From: Perkinsus olseni
Taxonomy: Eukaryota
Assembly: GCA_013115125.1 (NCBI GenBank)
Contig: JABANN010000160.1
Coordinates: forward strand, 1 to 58,969
Direction of reading: 5' to 3'
DNA length: 58,969 bases
The notes under the pieces were generated by a model, which saw only the letters and a program-made list of their open reading frames with translations, did no database searches and was not told where the DNA came from. Each line of letters begins with the position of its first letter. Positions within the stretch are counted from its first letter, which is position 1. Shown one piece after another: positions 37,801 through 50,195 of this stretch. The position numbers were made by a program, and so were the translations under genes.

Positions 37801-39955
37801 CGGCCGTACCATCTGTTCTGCAACTCTTATTCAGACCTACCCGATGCTTCCGCGGCATCTATCGGAGAATCTGTGCTCCCTTCTACCCGGTGAAGATCGT
37901 CTAGCGTTCAGCGTTTTCTTCACGCTCGACTCAGCCACGGGTGGGTCCAAAGCGTTCACGTCGAAAGCTTTTTCAAGTGCACGGAACGATGTTCTGTTGA
38001 ATCCCCACGTCGCAAAATTCGTTATATGGCGGGGGTGGTCCTGAAGGAGTCTCTAGCGGCCCTTTAGGGAGTCTGTGCGGCGATGACCCGGTCGCCTTCG
38101 GGAAGAGTATCATCAGAAGCTCGGCACGATTGAGCTACGACGAGGTCGATGCCGCTATGGCAAGGGGGCCGTCGGAGGTCTCTCAGATTGGTGGGTTGTC
38201 TCGAGGCTTCCGGGTGCTTCATTCGAGGGAGCTGCTCAGATCCGAAGGTAATGGCAGACGTGGAACTGCTGTGGGACGTCGCAGCTAAGAGGAGCATTTC
38301 CCGCACTGATGACACCGTAAGAGTTGGCTCATCCAAAGTACGAAAATCGATCATCTGGGCGCGCGCTACTGACGTACGTCTTACCTTAGATGAGGTTTGA
38401 GTTTGCATCGGCGGATTCGTTTTCACCCACAAAGTGCTGGTCGGAGTCGCCCTCGGATTCCCCGGCCCCCAATAGCCACTCCTTAATTGAGGAATTCATG
38501 GTATCACCTCATCCCGGTGGTTGTCACAGCGGATTGTAGGAAACGTAGGTTCTGGCGAATCGCCTGGTAGCGGAGCGATTGGTGGAGGGAATTGATATGA
38601 ATTGCAAGTCGCCGCCGCCGATTCTCAGGCAGCATCCAAATACTGAGGCGCAGGTGGGGTCTTGAACAGGGAGCTCTGCTTACAGGGCCAGGGCTCAAAC
38701 CGATTTGTTCGGAACTTGCAATCTAGCGTCATCTTGCTATTTCTCAAGTCAGGTTGTGGAGACCATATTGCCCATTTTGCAACGCGGGTGTCCTGATCAC
38801 GATTGGACTTCGGAACGATGGCACGGGCGGCGCCTCGCTGCGCTCTTAGAGGAAGCCCGAAAGATACTTCCCGACCCCTGCTTCAAGGCCCTATCATTCG
38901 AGGCGATGGTGGCCTTCCAGATGGCACAGTATGTGGTGGTGACAGATCCTGAGGAGGATGATACTGCTCACTGGGCGCTGGGCCTTGGCCGATACATGCA
39001 CTTTACGTCTCCTATTCGACGCTATGCTGACGTGCTGGTCCATCGGCTGTTGACGGATTTGGTTTGCGAAGGGGCGTCGGTGTATAAGCATAGCGTGGAT
39101 GAGTTGATAGGGGCGACGGCGCGGTGTAATCAAATCCGAAAGGGGAGCTTGGAGGCGGACCGAGAATGTGCATATTATTTCTTCAGCGATTATGTACGAG
39201 CGAATTATTCCGAAAACGGAATGAATTTGAACGATTTAGTGGTGACGAAGATTTTCCCGGGGAAGGAAATTGCCAAGGGAAAGTTTACGAAGGATGCGAT
39301 TGAAGTTTTTGTGCCTTTGGTGGGATACTCGAAGAGTGTCTCGCTGGAGCAAATAGGAGTGGAGAAGACGGAGAAAATTACCCAGGATTCTGTGACGTTT
39401 TTACGCGAAGGCAGGGTAGTGGAATGGAAAACGCTGAGCGTCGTATCGATGAATGTGGTGTGTCCGAGCGGCGATGACTCTGTTCTCAAGCATTGGACGC
39501 TACGGTTACCTGCAGCGAGCTCAGCTGAGAAATCTTCCGAGTGCGCAGAGGAAGGGGTATCTAAGAGTATCCAAAGACCTTCCGAGTGCGGGGGGAATCG
39601 GAATTCCTCAGAGGAAGGGAAACATAAAGGTATCCAAAAACTTTCCAAGGGTGGGAAGAAAGGGGCTCCTCAGAATGTCCGAGAATCTTCTGAGTGCCGG
39701 GAGGAAGTATCCAAAAGTATCCCGAAACCTGCCGGGGGTGGTAAGAAATCTGGGGGTATCCGAAAATCTTCGGAGTGCGCATCCACGGTACCTCCTCCTC
39801 CTCCGCCGCCGCCTTCCTCGCCTCCAGTGAATGGTTCCATCCGGCCGGTGTTGCCGCTCTTACCTCACGGGCCAGCCTTTGCAGTTTTGCGGACCCGATT
39901 GGAGCGCTCGGTGCGGGAATCGAACCCGGGTGCATCGATAGCTGCACGGAAGTAG
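34844..39955 (+). CDS. DIS3L2: DIS3L2-like RNase II/RNB 3'-5' exoribonuclease, no PIN domain, multi-exon
   Basis: CSD1 EPWWSGEEIAAGIEAGT..GRLHV..GFMARNRAVHGDRVAV. RNB motifs SIDPPTARDLDDALS, VHVADVSHFV, RSTTVY, PMLPRHLSENLCSLLPGEDRLAFSV and HWALGLGRYMHFTSPIRRYADVLVHRLL. Low-complexity C-terminal tail. Confidence 0.9.
39525..39785 (+). repeat. Degenerate coding repeats in the nuclease C-terminal tail
   Basis: KSSECAEEGVSKSIQRPSEC / RESSECREEVSKSIPKP / RKSSECAS, followed by poly-Pro. Confidence 0.7.
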
Positions 39956-41048
39956 TAGATTCATTTAACGTGTTCCTGAATTGAATTAGTGTTTCTGAGC
40001 CACTGAGAGCGCTGCGTTGGAGTCGCCTCGGATTCTCGGCGAGTTTGAGTGGGAGATCCTCTACGCCAGAACCGATTGCCTCGGGTAGGGGTGACTGTGG
40101 TCGAACAGCAACGGCATTTTTCGGAGGAAGGTTGTATCATAGACTTCTTTTCAGCTTGAAGAGCGCAGCTAGGATTGAATTTAACGTTGGTATTGGCAGA
40201 GCGATTGGAGCACACGGGAAGACTAGTGAACCCCTGGAGCATCGCAATTTAGGGGCGGGTCTCTGAGACCCGGTTTCATCTCGTTGTGACTGAGAATTGC
40301 AGTATGACCGATGAGGTCGCGTCGGGCCATGCTTGCATGTTCCAACAGCCTCCTCTTAGTTGTTGTCGAGTACTTTCTCTATGCGGTAACGTCCGGAGGT
40401 CCGATTTTCGCTGCAGGCTCTTAAGGACCCTATGGACTGAGAGGTGTGGTACTCTGTAAAGGGCAAGTCCCGTGGATGATGGAACTTATGAGCGGGGGTT
40501 GGTATGATAAGGAAGGACTTTGTGCAGTCTGATGCTCTAACGCATACCGCGACAGTAGTCTACTATCAGTAGTCGAAGTTAGTACGAGAGAAATGCTCCC
40601 TCCAGATACTTGGTTAATGCCGTGGTTTTAAAAGACATCACGGTTAAGCTGATGAGGACATCAAAACCGATTGATCGCATCTCGTAACTTACGGTAATGC
40701 TGTACAGGAGCGGGAATCCCGGCAAGATACTTTCGGCGGGCCCGAGCTGTTAAATAATAATGGATAAGTATCATTAATTAATTTTCATCTCGGAGGCGCC
40801 AGAAAATTTTTCCTTATTGGACCTAATATGCTATCCTGACGCTGTTTGGGCGAAAGAATTGAGGACAACGGTGACCCTAGCACAATCGTTCCAGCTGGTG
40901 CTGATGCGTCCCACTCGACTCAGTAACACGAGAACTTCACCGCTATACAACAACAACAACTCATCGCACTGAGTAGATGGAAATTTAGCCGGTGGAATAA
41001 GACAGCTCACATGTGGCAGGGATTGGACCACAGCGACGATCGTACGGC

Positions 41049-41954
41049 TTATGAAGGGGTTTCCTCTTTCCTAGCCCGTTTTTTGAGAGGCACCTGTGTT
41101 TCCTTCCATCCATCCCACGACTTGGCCGGAGGCACCGCTGGCCCCTCTTGGCTGCGTGCTTCCCGTCTGGTTTTCGATCTTGTCGTTGGTCCTCGATAAC
41201 TTGGGGCGTCGTCTATCAAGGTAGACTGCCCGGGCGGAACCGTTGCCTGGCTCTGCGGAGGTGAATCAGTCTGCGATGTCGATCCAGAGCTGGAGATCTC
41301 TTCTGTGTCCTTGGCTTCATTCTGAAGGGGTATGGTTGGTCCTTCACCAACTACGTCGAGGTCAGAATCTTCTTCTCTTTCCAGGGGCATTGGTGTTTCG
41401 CTTGACGCGCCCAATGATTGACGGGGTCTGGCCATACCATAATTTTCCACAATCACGGATCGATGTAGGGCCCGCAGTGTCATCGGTACGGAGTGCTCGA
41501 TCTTAATATAGTCATCGGTGTACACTGTTACAACACTCAGCGTCACGCGAGTGTAGTCCCCACTGGTCGTCTTGCTGGTCTCGTCAACTACAAGATATGC
41601 CTGCCATACTATACTATCCGTCGTACGACCACCGTCACCTAGGCGGAGGCAATTTTCGGACTTGAACTCTTCAAAAGCGCTGTCCTGACACGTTGACCAG
41701 ATCAGTGGTAGACCTACGAGGTCCAGCTCATCTCCTCGCGACGAGGAGAAGTGTAGATCAGCGGTTCTGTTCGAGGGCTCGGTCTCCTGAATGACCATGC
41801 TCGCGTCGTCCATTTCGAAGGGAAGACTAAGTCCCGGGGCGGGGTCGGATCGGTAGAGGCCAACAGAGGGGTAGGGCGGGGACGGGAGTTGTCGCTGGTG
41901 GAGGCTGCCCTCTGTGGCGAGACAGAGGGTTATCAAAGGCAGCAGGGTGGACAT
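41049..41954 (-). CDS. Hypothetical secreted protein, 301 aa, single ORF
   Basis: Signal-peptide-like start MSTLLPLITLCLA and an acidic/Ser-Pro-rich disordered C-terminus. Confidence 0.7.
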   Translation of the reverse strand: MSTLLPLITLCLATEGSLHQRQLPSPPYPSVGLYRSDPAPGLSLPFEMDDASMVIQETEPSNRTADLHFSSSRGDELDLVGLPLIWSTCQDSAFEEFKSENCLRLGDGGRTTDSIVWQAYLVVDETSKTTSGDYTRVTLSVVTVYTDDYIKIEHSVPMTLRALHRSVIVENYGMARPRQSLGASSETPMPLEREEDSDLDVVGEGPTIPLQNEAKDTEEISSSGSTSQTDSPPQSQATVPPGQSTLIDDAPSYRGPTTRSKTRREARSQEGPAVPPAKSWDGWKETQVPLKKRARKEETPS

Positions 41955-42462
41955 AATGGGAAGCGCCGGTTGGAAGAAGGAAGCTCGAGCGGAGGGCGCG
42001 GAATTGGCGGATCGTGCGAGTTCTCCCCTGGGCGACGAGCCTGCTTTCGGGGTGCAAGAATGGCGTCCCTTCAGAAGGAGTGGCGAATGTGCTTTAGCGC
42101 ATGATTGTTTTTTATTATCTGCATCGCCGCTGACGGGGGATGCGGACGGGTTTTGCGGGCATGATTGTGGAGACTATTCGATTCAGGTCAGTGAAGCTGG
42201 ATAATTCCGCGGCGCGTGACGGGAGATCTCGGAGTGCCAAGGACGGGTCGGGGAGTCGAATCTTCGTTGATCAGCTCTCGTGAATGCAATTGATCGCTGG
42301 AACATCGCGAGATGGCAGGGTGAACGAGAGGGAAACTGGGCCAACATGTTTTCGAAGCAGCAATCTTACGCGCTCTCATTAGACTTGGATCGAACACTCT
42401 TCATCCGAAGAGTTCGGATCATGAGAGGTTCACTTGAATGAGAAGCTGTAGGACACCTTCTA

Positions 42463-42503
42463 GGAGCGCTGATTCGGCGCTCCCTTCAGCGCCGCTGAAG
42501 GGA
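42463..42503. repeat. Double-hairpin scar, 8-mer gcgctgaa, joined over tcc
   Basis: ggagcgctga-t-tcggcgctcc overlaps tcccttcagcg-c-cgctgaaggga by 3 nt. Confidence 0.85.
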
Positions 42504-42924
42504 CCCTAGACTCCAGGCCTTAAAGGACCCTGACGGACCGGGTTGCATCCCAGTCACTAACAGAGGAAGAGAGCCTGGAGCGCACTCTGTCTGAGTCGCC
42601 TTTCATGTCATTTCGAGGTCTCCTGCGTTTCCTTTGTAACCAATGGATTTTGTGGTAGGGTTGGGCTTCGTCTCCTGAATGCGGGTCTGTGGATCTCGAA
42701 GGGTGTGGTTGTGTTGAAACAATAGTAAAGGCGTTGTTAATGCCCAGGACTAGTCGTCGTCTATGAGATTCGTCCCACGTAGTTGTTCGTTCCTCCCATC
42801 GCGCATGGCTAGCATGAGCGCTCTCGAGGGCGCTGGAGTGACGTCGCCAGGGGAGGTTCTTCAAAGGATGGAAACCGATGAGGTAGGGACCTCCGACGGG
42901 GCGAGACCGATGAGCGTATCTTAG

Positions 42925-45900
42925 GTTGAACCTTGCCCGTCGTTGTGGCAGTGGCTGCTACAGAATTGGATACTCGGGAAGAAGCATCTTCATGCCGAAA
43001 CGGTTGCGAAGGATTCTATCGATCTAGGAGCTGAGGTCATACAGGGCTGCGCGGGAAAGAGAGTTTTTTTACGTTTTTTCTATCAGATTCTCACGGCTCT
43101 GCCTCCTGATGCGGTGACGGTGCACCCCTTCCACACGGTAGCTATCTTGTCCCTCATCACCAAGACGCTACCCGGAGCTTCAGAGAGCACAAAAAATCTT
43201 CTCTGTGCGCTCCGGGAGCGCTGTAGCGGATCTTGGGCACCTCCGGTGGAGGCCCTATGCAAGATACTCAGCGCCACTGCATGTCCGCAGCTTCGAGAGG
43301 AGCTGATGATGCATTTAGCGCTCGCCCTGGACGGACAAGCGGCTGGGAAGAAGCCCTTCCTTGCTGTAGTGAAGCATTTGGGAGACCTGACGGGTCCGGG
43401 AGCGGAGGTGGTGATCGATCGTTTGTTCGATAAGAACTATTGGGACGGTTACTCGAGGCTGCTGTCTAGCCCGAGTGTGAAGGGTCAGCGACCGATACAG
43501 GAGCAGCTGTTCAGAGCTGTCGCGAGCATGCCAGACAAGGATCGGCCTAGGATACTGCCGCTGCTATTGGAAAGATATTTCCTCGCGGAAGCCCCGGAGG
43601 GGTTCAAGTTTTTCGCCCGACTGGCTGGGATGGCGGAGGACCTTGAGCTGCTCTCGAGGATGTGGGAGATGGTATCGAAGAATCATCGATATCGGTTGCG
43701 TGAGGACACGGATGGATCTCAAAGAGAATCTTTGAAGCGTTTCATGCAAAAGTGCTGCGATAAAAATTTCCCGAGTGGAATTACTACTGGCCTCGTTGTT
43801 GATTCGGTGAGCCACTTGGAGTTCCTCTTGAGAGAACTCTGGACTGTAGACGCAGCAGGAACGGTTGAAATGCATCTTGGCTTGATGCGTGCCTTGCTCG
43901 AGAAGGGTGATTTGCTGGCTTATTTTGAGGCGTTCGTGCGAAATTTGAAATCGCGGGGGGTCGCGGGACTTGCGACTAGCGAGAGATGGTACAAGGCAGT
44001 GTCAGCGCTGTTGGTTGAAGAGGAAGAGTCGATCCGAGCGGCGGTGGTTCAGCAGGGGGTAGAGGTCGTGAGGAAGCTGACGGAGAATCGTGGAGATGGC
44101 GGGGTCGTTGAAAGGATGATGGGTAGTGGCTTGACTGGGGCGTATCTAGTGGTCGATGGACGGATGGGAGGGGATCATCGGTTTTCAAGATCTTGTTGTC
44201 TGTTTTTTAATGATACCAGTAGGAACTGTGGAAGGAGTGGTAGTAGTAGTAATAATAGTGGATAATACATTATCAGTAGCAAAAAAGTTGTGGAAGTGGC
44301 GCGAGTATGAGGAATGATTCTGTAGCAAATTTCCTCAATTGATCATCCTGTTCGTCTCAGGTGCGATCTTGGAGGGCCTCCGACCGCTAGAGCACCAAGT
44401 CACGCTTGTACGCCAACTCGTCGAGGATATCCCACAATCGTCTTGCAAGCCTTTGATGGCAGCAGTTTGTGCCGCTCGGCAACGGCTGGACGGGTGGAGG
44501 CTGCCTACCGAGGAGGCTGATCGTGAAGATTTTGATGGAAAAATCGACAAACTGGGTCACAGCGCCGACTCCTTGCTGGTGGGTGATCTTCCGCGCCCTG
44601 CATTGCAGCGGTGCCTTTGCCTTTGCCAGGTCGGGGTCCTTGCGTCCCTCGCTTCATCACAGTATGATGATGAGATAATGCGAAAGTGTCTTGTGAGAAA
44701 ACTACGACGCCATTGGAAGACCGGCGCCTCGGAGCCAATCTGGAGGAACGATCTTGTGAGTGGGATTGGGCAAATGCTCTCTATGATGTGCTCGGGCCAA
44801 GCTTGGAAGCGCTGCTTCGGGTCGGCGGGTCCGGCAGCAGTTTCTCTTTTTCCTAGGAATTCTCCGCATCTCGTGCATGTCGCTCATCATCCCGTAGAAT
44901 GGAACTGAGTTGGCGTGAACCTTGTTGCTATTGGGTTTCGTTTCCTCTACGTTCGCCATAGTAGCACTGCTGCTGCCGCCCTCAGAGCCCCAACCTTCAC
45001 GCGATTGTAGCGGCCGCTGAAGAGGACACCATCATGGAGATTGCCGATATTATTGTGGATGATGTAAGGGAATCGGGTAGCGACTCATCGCCTTTCGTTT
45101 GAGAGCAGTTTAATACTGCGAGATGTGAGAGTTGGGAGACGGATTGATCAGGATCTCCCATTCGAGTGGCGATCGTGGCCAGAAGCCCTGTCTCTGGCTG
45201 TGGGCGAGAAGGTGTTGCAGAACGGCGGCACTCGGGAGGTCGTGGGCAAAGCCTTGGCTGATTCGGCAGGTACGAGGGGATTTTCGATCATCGAATTAGA
45301 GAGGGGGAATGCCTTGGGGGGGGCGAGGAGAGGATTGCGCTTCCAGACCTGAGTTGTCCGTTTGTCTAGTCTGAATACGCTTATACGGACCATCGGTGGA
45401 CAGGGCAAGATATTGTTCGCAACGCCCTGGTTTGTGGAGACTGGGTCTTGGATCTTGCGTGCTGACGAGATGCGCAACTGGCCGTTGCGCTTCATGAGTT
45501 GCTCGGACCAGTGGGGGTGTTCAGCCAACTAATTCTGAAGCTCGAAACCGCACTTTACGTGTAAAAACCAATCTGGAAGCGATTCTGAGTTTCGGAAAGA
45601 GTCCACTGAACAGGGGGTTTCCTTTAGCGATCGATTGAATGCGATGAGCCATCGCAAAGCGACTTCAACTCAGCATGAATTTGTGGAAGTGTCGTCTGAG
45701 TGAATGCCCCTCGTCCCCCTAGGACGCTGTTCCACTCGATAGTGTCACCATCCTCCGTAGTTCCCCTCGATCACTCTCTCGTTGTCACTCGGGAGGTCCA
45801 TCAGGATGTGATGGAGCCGGAGATGCTTTAGGCACATCATTCGTGTATCTTTCCCTGAAGCCCTTCGCGAGTGAGGACCTGCCGGACTACCTCTTGCCTC

Positions 45901-48900
45901 TTGATGATGGTGCCGTCCCCGTCGGCCGAGTAGAGCTCTTGAGTGGCATCAACCAGAAGGATATGCGTAAGTTGGTGGTGGGCGTGGTGATGATACTGTA
46001 TGGCAGCCCACGTAGTAAAGATTAATATATCTATGATACAGTCCCGCAAATAATTTTCGCAGTGGAAAATTTGCTCTCGAGTATTGCTCCGGACGAGTTC
46101 GTCAGTAAACTCAGTGGGTCGAAAAAGTCACGATGCTCGGCGTCTAATAATGCTCCCTAGGTCGGTCCATGCAGCCGCCTCGGCTCGCTACTGCCCGGCC
46201 ACTCTAGAGACCCAGTTTCAAAAATTCCGATAAATTTATTAATATAAGTGAGTTCTATGATTCATGGCATTGGAAAAGTAGTCAGCTGAGGAAACATCGG
46301 GAAACTCATTTTCGTTGATGGCGGTGGATGGTTGGTTATTCTCTATGATCAGCGGATAATCTTGGATTATTTCGGAGAAATGTGGTATGTTATTTTTTAC
46401 ATAGATGAACCCTGCAGTAGCATTCCAGAGATCGACAGTACTAGCGGTCTTCAGGTTCCCCATCTCCGCTCGCTCCGTCCTTGAGGTGGTCGGAAGCGCA
46501 TCAGTCAGCGCTGGCCGACGTCATCGCGTCGAGCCCTATGGAAGCAGCCGCGGGAGCTTGTGCGTTCATGCTGAGGTCCCACCACCAGAGCAGTGCTGCT
46601 AGGGCAAAGAGTTTACAGCGGCTGATCCAGGTGGGCAGGGAGGACCAGGCCATGCACTTGATCGGCAACGTGCATGGAGATGAGTGGGGAACCGTTGAAT
46701 CTTCTCTCTCTCGGATATGCTTGTTTTTTTTGACGAACTCACGACCATAGGGAGGAAAAATCTGCTGCTGTGATACCACGTAGCACCGCGATCGTTCGCA
46801 GGTTCCAGAGGACTGGCTCACCCAAGGTTCGCTCCGAATCCCTGTGGAGGAGCTGAGCTCGACGACGATGACGTTGCTCGCGAAGATTTTCGAACTGGCG
46901 GGAACGGAGTGTCGGGAAGTGTGCCAAATTGTGGTTCCGGGAGAGAGGAGTTCTGTGGATGACGAAGCTGTTGCGCGGCTCATTGGTGCGGCTCTGACCA
47001 ACGAGGTGAGTTGGGGTCTTCGTTACTATGCCATTCAGGATTATTCGCTAGTTTGATGTTCTTTTCGGCGGGGAAATTGTTTTCCTTGACCGTAAAATGT
47101 GGAGCTTCACTCGCGAAATCTAACTTTCTGCCCCTGCCAAAGTGGCCTCTTTCTTCCCAAACTCGATGCCCCTTTTTCGACTCTACCGCCTAACTGCTGT
47201 CTTTATTCGCTGATGGGATATCCTCGGTCGCTGGCATAACGGCCTCACTCGCCGAATTGTCTTCTGAATGCTATAAGCTTGGTGTGTTTTCGTGGCGCGT
47301 GAAGTTGTTGTTGGCTCCGAGCGCTGTCTTTTCCACCGGGAGATGGCTCTCCTTGGCCACGCAGATACCACTCGAATGGCCGCCGAGTTCCGGTGGAGTA
47401 TCCGAATCGTTACTGGCAGCGTCCCTGGCGAAAGAGTCTCCAGAAGTGTTGCTGCATCTCCTGGGACGAAAGGACTGCTCTGCCGAGCGGCTTTTCGAGG
47501 AAGTCGTCTCTGTCACGTGTCACGCCATGTCACGTTGCCAAGGAGTTTGGTGGCTGCCGAAGGGCCTCCTACTCTCGGTAAAGGAAGGAAGTCCCTCCGA
47601 AGGTGGGTCCGTCTTATATTACAGTTCGAATGCTCGCGGTAAATTTCATGTTTTCGGGGGGTCAATTTTTGTCGCTACGGCGCGCTCTCGGATCTTGACG
47701 AGCACATATGGAATCGATTCAGTGAGAGTGTGTAACGATGGGCAATAGAGTTATTATCATTAGCTGGTAGAGTGCCGAACCTGTAGAGGGGAGCACCAGC
47801 GATTCCTCATGATTCTGCCCCCTGTCGAGGCCTGTATCCCGTCAGGTGCTGCTAGGCCCTCGAGTGTCGATGCGGCCGTTGATAAGTGTTGGGCTGCCTT
47901 GGCCAAAGCTGGCGAGAGACAGTCTCCGAGGAGCGGCTTATTCGACTTGATGGTGAGTACTTGACGGCGAAGTGTGGACCAGGGTGATCGACGACGGTCG
48001 TCAACAGCGACGACAACCAGCTTCCATAAAATCGAAATTGTGGCCTCCTAGCGCGAGAGCCTTGAAGTTACTCTCAATGGAACCTGCCCTCGGGCGGTAG
48101 AGGGTGGGAAAAAATCGGAAAATCTCAGACACAACTAACAGTCGAGTGAAATAAATAGGTAACGTCGCCTTGACTCTCAGACCTAGTTAGTAACGTGCGA
48201 TACAAACACAAGCCGTATCGTCGACTGATCATCATCATAAGTCCTCTTCCCCCAGGTGCCTAGTCTGCAGCGAGAGTCTTTGCATTCTGACAGATCAGGC
48301 AGCCGAATCTCGGCACTTCTCTACGGCATTGCGGTGACTATCGAAGAGGCACTGTAAGGGACGATCGGTTGCTCGTGTCACCATTGGACGGCGAGTCAGG
48401 TACCATCAAATCACCGAAAGGGACGTCGAGATTCTCCTCGCAGCGATGGCTACACTCGGCGATGATGAGTTCTGTTCGGAACGGTAGGTGGTTTTTCCGG
48501 CTATCTGACCCTTACTTTGCATCATATTGTTTACTCAATTTGGTCGTTCCGATTCTTATCATGATACTGCGGCTACCGCCTTCAGCATCCTCGCGAATCT
48601 TCGCTGGGAAATCTCTCAGATGTCGAGTCCTCCTGTCGCTCCATCACGCGCTGGTTCCGACCGCCGCACCGAATGGTCTGGCGGTGTGCAGTCTCTACGG
48701 TGCGATGGTCCGACTGGGAATTCGTCTACTGGAGGAGGACTTGAGGTAAGCGCGATTCGTCATCGTCAAGAATATTGGCTTGTGAATGTGGAAGACCCAC
48801 CTGCTTCCAGCTGTAGATTCAACACGATTCCGCTCAGCACGGGATTGCAGATTTGCTTTACCATCTCAGTAAGGATTCGAGTCTGTACGGGTTCGCACTC

Positions 48901-49940
48901 CTGTGGTCGGTGCTGTCGTCGGCCCCTCCGGAGTGGCTTGTGAGCACTCTCGGATTGGTGGGTGTTCGAGCTACGAGTGCCCTGAGGTCAGCAGGAAAGC
49001 GAAAGCGAAGCGAGGAGGAAGAGCTCAGCTGGTGAGTGTTTTTCCGAACGGTTCGAGCGGTTGGAGTTTCCGCGGTCCTGCAGGATCCCGTACTTGGCCC
49101 GGTATCTGGAGAAGCTCAAACGGGCTGTACCAACCCCGGCCCTTCGGAAATATTCCCCCATCATCGCCGCCGAGCTCATCTCTAGATATTGGTCAGGCAA
49201 TAAGAAGCAACGGACTGCTGTCGGTGGAGGTATGCGGCGGCGTGTATCGTGTATCGTGTATCGTGTATCGCTGATAATTGCGTTCGTTCCCATCCAACGC
49301 GACGTCTACCGAGGTTGAAAGTCAGCTTGCTGGGAAGGTTTGCCCTACACTCTGCCCGACCGCTACTTTCTGTGCACAATAAACTTGCCTTAACTCATCC
49401 CTCTTGAAATAAGATACATCGATGCTAGTCTGACTGAGCGGGTTTTCGGTGTTGGACTTGAAACTCACACGCACTCCTTCTTATTTGAATGGTCTGTTGT
49501 GATTTGTTCTGAATCTGTGAGCTTCCAGTAGTCCTATGATTGGTTTTCAGAGAACCTCGCCGACGACAAAGTGGATGAAGTTATCGCTTCGTCGTTGTAC
49601 CCTCTCCTTTGTGAGGGCTCGACCGGGACCAAGCAGCATGCGGGAGAGGCTACCTCGTACAAGTCTGATGATGTGAGTCCGCGCACCATCATCACGGTGC
49701 TGCTGTCCTTGTGATTGTCGCTGTGCTGTGGAGTCGGATAGAGCGATCAGTTCGTTTGGCGGGGTTGCGGTGATCCCTAGGTCCTCCACCTCTTCGCGTC
49801 AGCTGGAAGCGACTCATCTCGGGAGAAGGTCAAACGGATGCTCCAGATGTATAATCAGCGCGCTTCATGGTTTTAACTCTGGCGTTGATGAAGTCTACCT
49901 CAGGTACAACCAAAGATTCCGGTACAAGGGCCGAGTGTGA
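42925..49940 (+). CDS. URB2: Large helical-repeat protein, Urb2/Npa2 ribosome-biogenesis factor-like; further 5' exons probably lie upstream
   Basis: Long alpha-helical exons. The C-terminal exons LARYLEKLKR..ALRKYSPIIAAELISRY, VDEVIASSLYPLL and the terminus YNQRFRYKGRV* resemble the Urb2 C-terminal domain (recognised from memory, not searched). Confidence 0.62.
49241..49270. repeat. Microsatellite (cgtgtat)4, intronic
   Basis: Read directly from the sequence. Confidence 0.9.
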
Positions 49941-50195
49941 ATCAAACTTCACCAACGCATCTTCCGTGTTTCTTACGTATCTTAATCACAACGTCATTTC
50001 GGTCTTCTTCGAGTCTTGCGTCTGCGAGTGGGAGTGGGATATCATGCATTCGCTGACCCTGTGTTTGAGCCGCTCGAACGGAAACCGTCGAAACTTGTTC
50101 AGACAAGCTGTTTTTAGGAGATATCGCGACATGCGAGGATGTAGAATATCTTGATGCAAAACCTTTGAAGCAGCAGTGTGAACCGAAGTTACCAA

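Noticed and set aside
39205-39947. Antisense and alternative-frame ORFs over the nuclease, helicase and Urb2-like exons
   Set aside because: These are shadow ORFs of real coding exons.
39903-40012. Full tRNA-Sec or intron-containing tRNA on the minus strand
   Set aside because: Only the T arm and a variable-arm-like hairpin fold. There is no convincing D arm, anticodon arm or acceptor register.
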